Positions 1-9,429 of a stretch of 64,000 bases of DNA are shown in pieces; within the stretch, counting starts at the first letter, position 1, and every line of letters starts with the position of its first letter. Position numbers and translations under genes: made by a program. Source of the DNA: an uncultured Pseudomonadota bacterium (GTDB lineage Bacteria > Desulfobacterota > Syntrophorhabdia > Syntrophorhabdales > CAYQXL01); the NCBI GenBank assembly GCA_964651435.1, contig CAZYVU010000010.1, forward strand, positions 11,392 through 75,391. The letters are read 5' to 3'. The notes beneath the pieces are model-generated. The model was not told where the DNA came from. It did not search any database and worked only from the letters and a program-made list of their open reading frames with translations.

Positions 1-230
1 CTGCCAGCCCGATAAGCGACTTCACCTTTTCAGTCTCCGGAGGATCTTTTGCTGCTCAACGAGGCCGGAACTTGCGGCCGGCCTATGGTGCAGAAGCGCA
101 GATTCGAAGGCATCATCAAGGCCCTCTATGGCCCCCTGGGTGCTTATGACGTCGGTGCCGCGCTGCCGTTCAGTATTAAGGCGCTCCTCCACCCTTCGCC
201 ATCTCTGGACAAACGCTGCGAGAATGGTCC

Positions 231-412
231 CCGGGGTCACATCTTCAATTGTCAATTTTCGGCTACCTGTATTATCCTGGAAGCGAGAAGAGCCCAGGAT
301 GGTCTGGGTTTTGAGTTTCGGGTTCTGGGTTCTGGGTTTTTGGGTTCTCAGTTTTGGGGTAACACAAGCCGGAACGGGACATGGGAGATGGAATGCCGGA
401 AATGGGAAGCGG
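231..412. repeat. Composite intergenic repeat, copy L1: 25-nt core (reverse form CCGGGGTCACATCTTCAATTGTCAA) plus a ~150-nt tail with GGGTTYT-type and GGGARAT-type heptamer runs
   Basis: Read directly: 231-257 = CCGGGGTCACATCTTCAATTGTCAATT. The following ~150 nt aligns by eye with 1489-1633 (shared GGCTRCCTGYATTATCC..GCGAGAAGAGCCCAGGATG..TCTGGGTTTTGAGTTT..CCGGAACGGGA). It fills the gap downstream of the GT2 stop at 439. Confidence 0.9.
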
Positions 413-438
413 TTCAAAATTTTGCCTACCCTCAGCAG

Positions 439-1449
439 TCACGTGGCCTTGAACAGAAGGTCTACAATGGAGCTGTAGACGCCCTTTGAATATCGTTGGT
501 AGTGGCCTGTGCTCAACTCCCTTGCGATGGGCACCACCCTTCGGAACAGGCTTCCCGGCAAATGGCCGCGCACCCGAAGGTGGCTGAGCTTGCTATCGAT
601 TTTCGATAGGGCATCGGGGGCTGCCGGCCGGGCCGAGGCTTCCGCTACGCGACGGCGAAGCATCATGAATTGTTCAAACTGCCGATCGTAGGCCGAAGGG
701 GGGGCTTGCAGCGCCCCTCTTACCTTTCCCCAAAAGGTGAGCCTTCTGCCCCCGGCCTGATTGGCGGCGTGCTGGCGATACTTTGCCAAAGGCCTTTCAA
801 CCATGCCTACCCTGCCGAAAACCGCGATGACCAGACCGATCCAGTGGTCGTGCATCCACTCTGCCGGGATGGGAAGGAGCACCTCTCTGAACCGGGCCCG
901 GAAGGCCATTGTCATGCCTGTTGCCACGTTGTGGCGCAGGAGAACCTCCAGGGCATGGCCCTCCCGGACAAGCTTTCTGCTGCCGACGGGAAAGAATGTG
1001 GTGCTCTTGTCCCAGAGCAGGAGACCCATGGGCTCAAGCCCTTCACGGACCAGCTCCGCATCGGAAAACAGCGCATCGAGGTCCGGGTGCTCCAGGAAGG
1101 CCGCCGACAGCGCCGCAATCTTTTCCGGGTGCCACACGTCATCCTGGTCGCAGAGAGCGATAACGTCGCCGCTGCAGAGGCCTATTGCTTTCTCGAAGTT
1201 CTTCGTCGAGCCCAACCGGACATCGTTCACGGAGATGGACACCGGGAAACCTGCTTCCGCCGCGAAGTCCCTGCAAATCTTCAGGGTACGGTCCGTCGAG
1301 CAGTCATCGGAGATGACGACCTCGTCAGGCAGCCTGGTCTGAGCCGCAATGCTCTGAAGTTGTTCGGCGAGATAGAGCTCACCATTGTACGTACATAGAG
1401 CCACCGATATTCCCGTCCCCGGGCCCGTCCCCGGCGTCCCCGGGGTCAC
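439..1449 (-). CDS. Family 2 (GT-A fold) glycosyltransferase
   Basis: ISVALCTYNGELYLAEQLQSI, ISDDCSTD and CDQDDVW motifs are typical of GT2 enzymes. The ORF track gives 439..1500, but that start is the TTG of the repeat core. The GTG at 1449 (also repeat-derived) is my preferred start; the start is uncertain and the stop is firm. Confidence 0.8.
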   Translation of the reverse strand: MTPGTPGTGPGTGISVALCTYNGELYLAEQLQSIAAQTRLPDEVVISDDCSTDRTLKICRDFAAEAGFPVSISVNDVRLGSTKNFEKAIGLCSGDVIALCDQDDVWHPEKIAALSAAFLEHPDLDALFSDAELVREGLEPMGLLLWDKSTTFFPVGSRKLVREGHALEVLLRHNVATGMTMAFRARFREVLLPIPAEWMHDHWIGLVIAVFGRVGMVERPLAKYRQHAANQAGGRRLTFWGKVRGALQAPPSAYDRQFEQFMMLRRRVAEASARPAAPDALSKIDSKLSHLRVRGHLPGSLFRRVVPIARELSTGHYQRYSKGVYSSIVDLLFKAT

Positions 1450-1633
1450 ATTCCTGTCCCTGTCCCCGTAAGGGGGCCCGAATGGGGGTTCAATTGTCAA
1501 TTTTGGCTGCCTGCATTATCCCGGAGGCGAGAAGAGCCCAGGATGTTCTGGGTTTTGAGTTTTGGGTTTTGGGTTCTCGGTTTTAGGTTAACAGAAACCG
1601 GAACGGGAAATGGGAAATGGGAAATGGGAGAGG
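1439..1633. repeat. Composite intergenic repeat, copy L2 (core split by a 36-bp insertion, plus heptamer tail)
   Basis: The core halves CCGGGGTCACAT (1439-1451) and TTCAATTGTCAATTTT (1489-1504) are separated by TCCTGTCCCTGTCCCCGTAAGGGGGCCCGAATGGGGG. The tail 1505-1633 is similar to L1 and ends in GGGAAATGGGAAATGGGAAATGGGAGAGG, 3 nt before the fcl stop. Confidence 0.9.
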
Positions 1634-1636
1634 CCG

Positions 1637-2947
1637 TTACTGCACGGCCTTCACATACCACTCATAGGCCTTGCCGATGCCGCGGCCAAGCTCTACCTTG
1701 TGGTGCCAGCCGAGGCCGTGAAGGCGGGACACATCCATGAGCTTTCTCGGGGTGCCGTCGGGCTTCGATACGTCGAAGGCAATGGCGCCCTTGAAGCCGA
1801 CCACTTGGGCGACCATGAGCGCAAGGTCCCGAATGGTCAAGTCTTTTCCCATCCCGATATTGATCTGCGAAATACCGTTTTCGTAGAGGTCCGGCGCGTT
1901 TATGCGCTCCGCGATGTAGTATATGGCATCGGCCACGTCATCGACGTAGAGGAACTCCCGAAGGGGGCTCCCCGTGCCCCAGACGGTGACGGTGACCGAA
2001 GAGGGGTCCGAAGGGCCCGATGGATGGGCGGCAATCGGTGACCCGGCATTGGTCGAGGGCGCGGCGGCGTTCGGTGACCCGGCGGCTCCTGCAAGGCCCG
2101 TTGTCGCCCCGAGGCCGGTGGCGGGCCGCGAAGGGTCCGTCCCCTGAGTACTAATATTGACAATTGAAGATGTGACCCCGGCAGGGTCCGTGCCCTGAAT
2201 GCCGAAGGCGCCCAGGACGGCCAGAACGTCCGCCTCGGGCGACTGGCGGGAAATCACAATCTCCCTCCCCCCGGACCGGAGCCGGCCATTGCCGTATCTG
2301 AGAAAGTCGGCTCTGATGGCATCCCATTCTCCCTCGGCAAGAAGGCGGGCAAGGTGAAACTTGCGGATCAGCGCCGGCAGGACGTGAGACGTCTCCAGAT
2401 TGTAATTGTCGTTAGGGCCATAGAGGTTCGTGGGCATGACAGAAATGAAGTTGTCCCTGTATTGGCGGTAGTAGCTTTCGCACAGCTTGATGCCTGCTAT
2501 CTTCGCGATGGCATAGGGCTCGTTCGTGTATTCAAGGTAGCCGGAGAGCAGGCACTCTTCCCGCAACGGCTGGGGTGCGAGCTTCGGGTAGATGCAGGAG
2601 CTGCCGAGGAAGATGAGCTTCTTCACGCCGTGCTGGTGGGCCGCCTCGATGAGGTTGGCCTCGATCATGAGGTTCTGGTAAATGAATTCGGCCCGATAGG
2701 TGTTGTTGGCCATGATGCCGCCCACGCGGGCTGCGGCGATGATAACGTATTCCGGTCGCACCTCGGCGAAGAAGCGTTCCGTAGCGTCCTGGCGGATCAG
2801 ATCGAGCTCGTCCAACTCTCGCGTAACGATATTCTTGTGGCCTTCCGCAGCAAACTTGCGCAGGATCGCCGATCCCACCATTCCGGCATGGCCGGCTATG
2901 TATATCTTTGCATCCTTGTTGATTCCGTGTTGGTCTGCTTGCGACAT
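1637..2947 (-). CDS. fcl: GDP-L-fucose synthase (GDP-4-keto-6-deoxymannose 3,5-epimerase/4-reductase) carrying a ~65-codon in-frame insert
   Basis: N-terminal Rossmann [14 protein letters not shown], then [47 protein letters not shown] and [18 protein letters not shown] all match the Fcl/WcaG family as I remember it. The length is 436 aa. Confidence 0.9.
   Translation of the reverse strand: MSQADQHGINKDAKIYIAGHAGMVGSAILRKFAAEGHKNIVTRELDELDLIRQDATERFFAEVRPEYVIIAAARVGGIMANNTYRAEFIYQNLMIEANLIEAAHQHGVKKLIFLGSSCIYPKLAPQPLREECLLSGYLEYTNEPYAIAKIAGIKLCESYYRQYRDNFISVMPTNLYGPNDNYNLETSHVLPALIRKFHLARLLAEGEWDAIRADFLRYGNGRLRSGGREIVISRQSPEADVLAVLGAFGIQGTDPAGVTSSIVNISTQGTDPSRPATGLGATTGLAGAAGSPNAAAPSTNAGSPIAAHPSGPSDPSSVTVTVWGTGSPLREFLYVDDVADAIYYIAERINAPDLYENGISQINIGMGKDLTIRDLALMVAQVVGFKGAIAFDVSKPDGTPRKLMDVSRLHGLGWHHKVELGRGIGKAYEWYVKAVQ
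2147..2182. repeat. Core repeat copy inside fcl, bracketed by 15-nt direct repeats
   Basis: 2157-2181 = TTGACAATTGAAGATGTGACCCCGG. Flanks are AGGGTCCGTCCCCTG (2132-2146) and AGGGTCCGTGCCCTG (2183-2197), 51 nt apart. Confidence 0.9.
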
Positions 2948-3227
2948 GATGCCTCCGCCCAGCTTAAGGTCGAGCAGAAAGGGCCGATGCTTAAGACCGC
3001 TCTTTCAAAAAACCTTACTGCTTCGGACTGCTTCGGAAGAATTGCGTTGCTTTTGTCCGTGCTCGAGAAACTGAATGTGCGGCTTCCGTCGTACGAAATA
3101 TCTTCGAAGCGCCGGCATCGAGCACGCCCTCGGCCCTTTCGGTAAAGAATACCACAAGAAGCCTCGAATTCATAGAATGTCCGATAAAGGTCCGATAGTG
3201 ATCTCGCAGGGCCCCGCACGCCTTCGA

Positions 3228-4403
3228 TCACTGCCCGAACATGGCGACGGGCGCAGACACGGGTGCGCCGACATAGGAGAGGATGATGTGGCGGATGCGC
3301 TCTGCCGCCTTGCCGTCTCCGTAAGGATTGTGGGCATGGGACATCGTTGCGTATTCATTGCCGTCGGCCATGAGGCGGGTCACCTCTTCGACGATCGTTC
3401 CGTAATCGGTGCCAACAAGCCTGACCGTTCCTGCCGCCACCCCCTCGGGCCTCTCTGTCGTGTTGCGCATGACGAGCACGGGCTTGCCGAGGCCCGGCGC
3501 CTCCTCCTGAACGCCGCCCGAGTCGGTGAGGATGAGGTGCGCTCGGTTCATGAGGGCCACGAAGGGCAGATAGGGAAGGGGCTCGATAAGATGGATGTTC
3601 TGCGATGGCCGCTCGGCGAGGCCCAGAATGCGTTTCACGGGCTCCCGCACATTGGGGTTAAGGTGCACGGGATAGACGAACTGGGTCTCGGGGAAACGCC
3701 GGCCAAGCTCTGCGATGGCGTTGCAGATGTTCTCGAAGCCTTCCCCGAAGTTTTCCCGGCGGTGGCCCGTGATGAGGACGACGGGCTTGCCGTCCCAGGA
3801 GACAAAGGACTTGTCGGGCAATCCGTCTATGGCGGGTGGGGCTGTCCTCACCCGCTCCACCGCCATCAGGAGGGCGTCGATGACCGTATTGCCCGTGACG
3901 AAAATTCCGTCGGGCTTCACGCCCTCAGCCAGAAGGTTCTGCCTGTTCGTTTCGGTGGGCGCGAAATGGAGTGTCGTGATGCGCGTCGCTAACTGCCGGT
4001 TTATCTCCTCCGGCCATGGCGAATAGATGTCGCCGGTGCGCAGCCCCGCCTCCACGTGCCCGACCGGTATCTTGTGGTAGAAGGCGGCAAGGGCGGCGCA
4101 GAAAACCGTCGTCGTATCGCCCTGTACGAGGACAAGGTCGGGACGGTGCTCGGCCATGTAGCGGTCGAGGGCTCTGATCGCTCGGGCCGTCAGGTCGCCA
4201 AGCGTCTGGTTTTTCTGCATAAGGTTCAAGTCTACATCCGGCACGATGCCGAATATCTCCAGGACCTGGTCGAGCATCTCGCGGTGCTGGGCCGTCACAC
4301 AGACGTGAGAGATGATGTCAGGGCTCTTTTTAAGCCCAAGGATAACCGGCGCCAGCTTGATAGCCTCCGGTCGCGTGCCGAATATGATGGATACTTTTTT
4401 CAT
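3228..4403 (-). CDS. wecB: UDP-N-acetylglucosamine 2-epimerase family (non-hydrolysing; WecB/WbpI-like)
   Basis: [60 protein letters not shown] and [12 protein letters not shown] are hallmark WecB-family motifs. ATG start. Confidence 0.9.
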   Translation of the reverse strand: MKKVSIIFGTRPEAIKLAPVILGLKKSPDIISHVCVTAQHREMLDQVLEIFGIVPDVDLNLMQKNQTLGDLTARAIRALDRYMAEHRPDLVLVQGDTTTVFCAALAAFYHKIPVGHVEAGLRTGDIYSPWPEEINRQLATRITTLHFAPTETNRQNLLAEGVKPDGIFVTGNTVIDALLMAVERVRTAPPAIDGLPDKSFVSWDGKPVVLITGHRRENFGEGFENICNAIAELGRRFPETQFVYPVHLNPNVREPVKRILGLAERPSQNIHLIEPLPYLPFVALMNRAHLILTDSGGVQEEAPGLGKPVLVMRNTTERPEGVAAGTVRLVGTDYGTIVEEVTRLMADGNEYATMSHAHNPYGDGKAAERIRHIILSYVGAPVSAPVAMFGQ

Positions 4404-4637
4404 CTATAGTCCTCAGCGTTCCCTTGCATGGTGTTGCTTCGGTAACGAACCTTTCCGCAGCAAGATGTGGAGACGGTCTCCTGCCGCATCTCCTACCCTA
4501 TCGCTTGCCTCCGCCTCCGGCCTCTGTTTCTGACCTCTATCGCTTGCCCATCTCCTACCACATCTCCGACTCTACCCCCGCTTACTCCTCCCCCATCGAG
4601 GGGAGAGGATTGAGGTGGGGGTCAAAAGGGTGCCGGC

Positions 4638-5555
4638 TTATGGTGCGTCAGGCCTTGCCAATCCCGAATATTGACAATTGAAGATGTGACCCCGAGGAAG
4701 GCGGAGGAAGGCGGAGAGGGCATCGCGCCAGGGCCGCATGGTGATGCCAAGCTCGCGGGCAAGCTTCGCCTTCGACATGTAGGAGTTCCTCGGTCGCGTT
4801 GCCTTCGTCGGATACTCCTCGGTGGATATGGGGACAATGCGCACGTCCCTCGTCACGAGGCCCCTTTCCCGGGCCAGGCGGTAGATTTCGGCGGCAAATG
4901 CGTGCCAGTTGGTTCTGCCCTCGTTCGTCACGTGATAGGTGCCGAAGCTGCTCGCATCGGCCTCGATGATCTGGGCGATTGTCCGGGCAAGGTCCACGGC
5001 GTAGGTGGGGCTTCCCCACTGATCGCAAACCACCCGCACCTCGTCTCTCTCGTTGAAGAGCCTGAGCATGGTGACGACAAAGTTGCCTCCGTACCTGCCG
5101 TAGAGCCAGGCGGTACGCAGAATAAAATGCCTGTCCCACGTAGCCTCCACGTATTGCTCGCCCAGGGCCTTGCTTTCACCGTATACGCAGAGAGGGTGAA
5201 GGGGGTCGGTCTCGCAGAGCTCTGCCCTATCGTCGCCGCCGCCTCCGAAGACGTAATCCGTGGAAATGTGGATCAGCCGCGCCCCCATATGGCGGGCAAT
5301 CTCGGCTACATTCCTGGCCCCGTCCGCGTTCAGCTCAAAGGCTCGGCCCCGTTCATCTTCCGCCCGGTCCACCGCCGTATAGGCGGCACAGTTGACGATC
5401 CATGAGAGCGGCTTGTGGCGGGCGAATTGCTCGAGGATCGCTTTATCTGCGATATCCACCTCGGCATCCGTGGCGGCGAAGGCCAAGCCGCGCTCCTTGA
5501 GGCACTCCTCCACCTCTCGGCCGAGCATGCCTTTATTTCCGATGAGCCAGATCAT
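4638..5555 (-). CDS. rmlD: dTDP-4-dehydrorhamnose reductase with a repeat-encoded C-terminal tail
   Basis: MIWLIGNKGMLGREV, NCAAYTAVDRAEDE, HISTDYVFGG, VYGESKALGE and RTAWLYG are the RmlD pattern. The last ~20 codons ([20 protein letters not shown]) are a translation of the repeat core at 4671-4694. Confidence 0.88.
   Translation of the reverse strand: MIWLIGNKGMLGREVEECLKERGLAFAATDAEVDIADKAILEQFARHKPLSWIVNCAAYTAVDRAEDERGRAFELNADGARNVAEIARHMGARLIHISTDYVFGGGGDDRAELCETDPLHPLCVYGESKALGEQYVEATWDRHFILRTAWLYGRYGGNFVVTMLRLFNERDEVRVVCDQWGSPTYAVDLARTIAQIIEADASSFGTYHVTNEGRTNWHAFAAEIYRLARERGLVTRDVRIVPISTEEYPTKATRPRNSYMSKAKLARELGITMRPWRDALSAFLRLPRGHIFNCQYSGLARPDAP
4655..4694. repeat. Core repeat copy with an upstream inverted-repeat arm (TTGCCAAT-N7-ATTGACAA)
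   Basis: 4671-4694 = TTGACAATTGAAGATGTGACCCCG. 4655-4662 TTGCCAAT is an imperfect complement of 4670-4677 ATTGACAA. Confidence 0.9.
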
Positions 5556-5785
5556 ATGAGTTCGGGGTTGGAAGTTACGAGTTCGGAGATTGGAGGAAGG
5601 ACAAAAAGCGACGAATGTCCCCTCAGGCGAAAAACCAACTCACCGAAATCCTTGTCGGTCGTGATTAGCAGGGCCTGTTTGTTGCGCGCCCCGAGATACG
5701 GTTGTCAGGGCTCTCCGAGAGACAAGCTTTCTGTCGTGCCTTATCCGGCATCAAGTATCCAGCGACCAGTATCCAAGACAACAAA

Positions 5786-5864
5786 TTGACAATTGAAGAT
5801 GTGACCCCGGAGAGAGGCAGGCCTTGTCAATCCGTAATATTGACAATTGAAGATGTGACCCCGG
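5786..5864. repeat. Two tandem core repeat copies (5786-5810 and 5840-5864), the second with the hairpin arm TTGTCAAT (5824-5831)
   Basis: Both copies read TTGACAATTGAAGATGTGACCCCGG exactly. The second ends flush against the GT4 stop codon (TTA on plus, 5865-5867). Confidence 0.95.
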
Positions 5865-7082
5865 TTAGGCCCCGGAGAGGACGCTGTCGAAGACGGCCGC
5901 CAGTTTGCCCGTCAGGCCTTCGCTCGAATATTGGCGGTCGATGGCATCATAGTCGGGCTGAAAGAAGTCGTACCGGCCCTTTTGCGCGATGATCTTCCTG
6001 AGCACGGCAGCTATCTCCTCCACCCGGTAGGGGTTGACGCATATCCCTGTCCGCGTCTCGCCGATGAACCGCTCCGCCTCGCTTCCTGCCGTGAGGGCCA
6101 GTATGGGTTTCCGTGCGCCGAAGTACTCATAGAGTTTCCCGGGCGCCGCGCTGGCTATCCCCTCCCCCGCAAAGAGGAGCAGAACATCGGCCGATACCTG
6201 GTATGTCAGGGCCTCCTCCCTCGGGACAGGGCCGTCACACCGAACCAGGTCGCGGTAGCGATCCGAGCCGAAGAGGGCCTTCTCCTCCTCCGTAAAGTCG
6301 CCCACCATCTGGATCGCCAGCCGGGCCTGCTCGTCCTTCTGCAGGCTTGCCGCGGCCTTGAGCAGAGGCTCGATGGTGGCCACGGCCCGGCTCTTGTACA
6401 GCCTGCCCGTAAATACGATGTTCATCTTCCCTCCCAGGTCCCGGGGCTTGATATGCTCATAGTCGGACCGGTCGAAGCCGTTGGTGATGGTCACGGCGTT
6501 ACAGCCCGGCCTTTGGAGGCAGAAGTAGTTCGTGATGGGATCGGACACGGCCGTAACAGCGGCGGCACGATTCACAACCTCGCTCTCGACACGAAGGTAC
6601 TTTTTCGATACAAGCGGCGGTTGGCTCTTCACCGGCTCAAAGGCAAGGCCGTCCCGGAAATCGGCAACGAGAGGAATAGAGTGTCTTCCGGCAACTTCAA
6701 GCCCTATGGCAAGGTTGTCGACGATGGGGTAAGTGGCGAAAATGAGCTGTACGTCGGCGGCCTTCAGGAGGCCCGAGAGTCCGTCGAGAACGGCCCTCTG
6801 CCAAAGACGCCGCCAGCCGGGCCACATGCCCGCCCGCCATGCAACTGCCCTGACGCCCTGCCAAAAGAGGCTCTTCGCATCCTTCGATCCCTCCATGGCA
6901 TCCATGGGGTCGGCGAAACGGAGGATGTCTTTCTCCCCCGGAGCCGTCAGGCCCACGTCGACGGTGGCCACGATGGCGCGATAGCCATAGCGCGGCAGAT
7001 AGGCGGCAAACTTCACGGGCCGGTGCACGCCGCCGTTGTTCATTGGCGCGTAGTAGTAGGCGATGAACAGGACGTTACGCAT
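5865..7082 (-). CDS. GT-B fold glycosyltransferase (GT4-like)
   Basis: The N-terminus MRNVLFIAYYYAPMNNGGVHRP is typical of GT4 N-domains. The C-domain shows NIVFTGRL..ADVLLLFAGEG..PGKLYEYFGARKPILAL (an E-x7-E-like region). ATG start, 3 nt from the next gene. Confidence 0.8.
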   Translation of the reverse strand: MRNVLFIAYYYAPMNNGGVHRPVKFAAYLPRYGYRAIVATVDVGLTAPGEKDILRFADPMDAMEGSKDAKSLFWQGVRAVAWRAGMWPGWRRLWQRAVLDGLSGLLKAADVQLIFATYPIVDNLAIGLEVAGRHSIPLVADFRDGLAFEPVKSQPPLVSKKYLRVESEVVNRAAAVTAVSDPITNYFCLQRPGCNAVTITNGFDRSDYEHIKPRDLGGKMNIVFTGRLYKSRAVATIEPLLKAAASLQKDEQARLAIQMVGDFTEEEKALFGSDRYRDLVRCDGPVPREEALTYQVSADVLLLFAGEGIASAAPGKLYEYFGARKPILALTAGSEAERFIGETRTGICVNPYRVEEIAAVLRKIIAQKGRYDFFQPDYDAIDRQYSSEGLTGKLAAVFDSVLSGA

Positions 7083-7085
7083 CTT

Positions 7086-8213
7086 TTATCGGCCCGCAGG
7101 GCCGGACTCATTCTCCCTTTCCCACCAGCGGCCTATCTCCTTTGCCGGAGCGAACCAGGGGCCGTTTTTCGCGAGGGCTTCCAGAACCCTTCCGTAGAGC
7201 TGGAACGAGTCTTTCCGTACGCCGTAGCCTGCGTGCCAGGAAAGGGTCAGCACGCCGCCCACTCCCTCGACGGCCGAGGCAAGGCGCAGGACATACCGAA
7301 AGGCGGTCTCCGTGTCCAGCCTCAGGCCCTTCGAAGGGTTGAGCATGGCGCTGTCCTGGACGATAAGGGGTACCTCCAGGACGGACGTCCCTGCGGCCGC
7401 CCTCTCGCCCCGGAAGCGCCACGGGTAACAGGTTCCGAACCGAAAACCGACGTTGTCGTTAAAGCCTCCTGTCGAATCGTACCGGAGCCCCGCCCGGGCC
7501 TGCGCAGAAGGCGTGCAGCGGACGTCGTAGTGGAGGTAATGCTGCCGAACGCTTACCACGTCGCTGCCGATGGAGTCTTCCAGGCGTTCCCTTTCCCGCG
7601 CCATGGCGGCGCCGTCGTCAAAGGAATGCCACGCCGGATGAAGGCCTATTTCCCATCCCTGCGAGTGAATGAGCCGAAAGACCTCGCCCACCTCCCGCTC
7701 CCCTCCCGCGAAAACGACGGTATCCGACAGCTCGTAGGTGAGGTCCGAGACGTGGCGCTTCGTTACGCCGCTGAAACCGGACCCGACAAAGAATGTGGAG
7801 CGGACCCCCACCTCGCGCTCGACGTCCAGCCAAGGATTGAGGCTGTCGACAAAGAGGCCGTCCCGGTTTCCACCCTTTCCCATGAGGTAAGCGGCCCCTT
7901 TTGAAAGGGCGTGCCGCGCCGCCGCCTTGCCGGACAGCATCTTGGCGGCCCGCCTGGCCTCCCTGGCCGATTGCGGGGCCATGAAGTCCACGTCGTGGGT
8001 GAGGCAAACGGCAAAGGGCCTACCGTCGGGCCAGCGGGGCCGCACCCCGCCCTTGTCGAGATAGGCCTCGTCGACCACCGGCCTGTAGAGCAGCCCCAGA
8101 GGGTTGAGGACGTTGTAGCCGAAATCGGGAACGATGCCCTCCAGGAAGCGGCCCTCGTTGAGCTGCTCCGCCTCGTACCCGCCCGCCAGGAGCTTGTCCA
8201 GGTCAATTTCCAT
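7086..8213 (-). CDS. Polysaccharide deacetylase-fold protein (HDVD motif)
   Basis: CLTHDVDFMAP, STFFVGSG and EIGLHPAWHSF resemble CE4-like deacetylase-family proteins. I start at the ATG at 8213 (MEIDLDKLL), overlapping the upstream gene end by 11 nt; the ORF-track start at 8315 lies inside the upstream gene. Confidence 0.7.
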   Translation of the reverse strand: MEIDLDKLLAGGYEAEQLNEGRFLEGIVPDFGYNVLNPLGLLYRPVVDEAYLDKGGVRPRWPDGRPFAVCLTHDVDFMAPQSAREARRAAKMLSGKAAARHALSKGAAYLMGKGGNRDGLFVDSLNPWLDVEREVGVRSTFFVGSGFSGVTKRHVSDLTYELSDTVVFAGGEREVGEVFRLIHSQGWEIGLHPAWHSFDDGAAMARERERLEDSIGSDVVSVRQHYLHYDVRCTPSAQARAGLRYDSTGGFNDNVGFRFGTCYPWRFRGERAAAGTSVLEVPLIVQDSAMLNPSKGLRLDTETAFRYVLRLASAVEGVGGVLTLSWHAGYGVRKDSFQLYGRVLEALAKNGPWFAPAKEIGRWWERENESGPAGR

Positions 8214-9429
8214 CGGACGGAACGGCGGAGAGGCCGTTGATGAGCGCCTTGGGGAGGTTTGCGTGGGGCGACGCATCGCCGCCCCGCATGAGCATGCGCG
8301 CCACACCGTAGGCACGCGTCATGTCGAACTTCAGGTCCTTTCCATCGATGTCCGTAAAGGTCCTCCTGTACGGGGCCCGGTCGATGGCTCCCCACACGCC
8401 GAACTCCCTCACCAACTGCCGGTAGGCAATAGCGGCCTGCGGAAACCAGAATTTGTATCGGAGACCGGCTTCATACGTGGGTTCGCGCGCGGGTGCCCGG
8501 CCCAGAAGGGCGTCCCGTATCATGCCGGGGAAGTCAACGCCCGCCTTGATGGAGAGATCGAGGGTGCCCCACAGCTTGGGGTTGATCTCGATGAGCTTGT
8601 ACTTCCCGTCCCGCTCGTCGAACTTGAACTCAATCTGTGCCGGGCCGTGCCACTTCAGCGCCTCCAGGATGCGCGTCGCGTGCCCCCGCACCGTCCTGTT
8701 GTGGGTTGTCACATTGACGGCGCCCACACCCCCGTAGATGGGATACATGATATGGCGGCGCTGTGTGAGAACGGCGAGGACGCGGCCACGGTCGGTGACG
8801 GTGCAGGCGTCATGGATAAAACCGGGGACGAATTCCTGAATGAGGGGCAGCGTAAAGTCGAAGGCGCCCGTCCGGGCCTCGAAGGAGGTGACCTCCCGAT
8901 AGAAGCGCAGCAGCTCCACCTTGTCATTGGCATAGCGCAGCCCCGTTGAGACACCCACGCCGCTTCGCGCCTTAATGACGACGGGATACCGGAGCTCCCC
9001 CGCAATTTCCTCAAGGCCTTTCTCGTCAAGACCGACGAAGGATTGCGGCGTTTCAATCCCCAGGGAACGGCACAAATCAAGGGTCTTCGCCTTGTCGTGG
9101 GCGAACCGGAAGGTCTCAAAATCCGGTGCCATGAACCTGACGCCGGCCCTTTTAAGCCTGTCGCAGTGTTTCGACACGGCATAGCAAGACGTGTTCCCGA
9201 AGGGAAGGATGAAATCGTAGCCCTTCTCCCTACACAGGCCGATAACATCGGCTATGTAGGCCTCGTCATCGACGTCCGACGGCGTGATGCGGATGAAATC
9301 ATTGACGTAGACGCTCCTGACGCCGCAGAAACCCCAGGCGAGATCGCAGGTGTCCCCTCTCCTGACGAGGGCCCGCATACCCGCCCTGACCTGGGGGCCC
9401 AGATATTCAGGCACGAGCACCCTGGCCAT
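8203..9429 (-). CDS. ATP-grasp domain ligase
   Basis: YPVVIKARSGVGVSTGLRYANDKVEL, LIQEFVPG and GPAQIEFKFDERDGKYKLIEINPKLWG match the ATP-grasp fold pattern. Its ATG directly follows the stop of the ABC ATPase gene (TAG-ATG). Confidence 0.8.
   Translation of the reverse strand: MARVLVPEYLGPQVRAGMRALVRRGDTCDLAWGFCGVRSVYVNDFIRITPSDVDDEAYIADVIGLCREKGYDFILPFGNTSCYAVSKHCDRLKRAGVRFMAPDFETFRFAHDKAKTLDLCRSLGIETPQSFVGLDEKGLEEIAGELRYPVVIKARSGVGVSTGLRYANDKVELLRFYREVTSFEARTGAFDFTLPLIQEFVPGFIHDACTVTDRGRVLAVLTQRRHIMYPIYGGVGAVNVTTHNRTVRGHATRILEALKWHGPAQIEFKFDERDGKYKLIEINPKLWGTLDLSIKAGVDFPGMIRDALLGRAPAREPTYEAGLRYKFWFPQAAIAYRQLVREFGVWGAIDRAPYRRTFTDIDGKDLKFDMTRAYGVARMLMRGGDASPHANLPKALINGLSAVPSDGN

Noticed and set aside
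1-230. Coding assignment for the first 230 nt, where several overlapping ORFs occur on both strands
   Set aside because: No frame shows a recognisable motif. The only frame with a plausible start is the 72-codon minus ORF (22..240) opened by the repeat-borne GTG. It is reported as part of a finding, not as a feature.
301-1633. Heptamer arrays considered as a CRISPR or telomere-like array
   Set aside because: The period is only 7 nt with no spacers and only 4-6 units, and there are no cas genes. This is a short tandem repeat, not CRISPR.
5931-7904. 657-aa plus-strand ORF, the second-longest ORF in the first 10 kb
   Set aside because: It runs antisense across two well-supported minus-strand genes (GT4 and the deacetylase-fold gene). 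It is Arg/Pro/Gly-rich and low complexity with no recognisable motif. This is a typical shadow ORF of GC-rich DNA.
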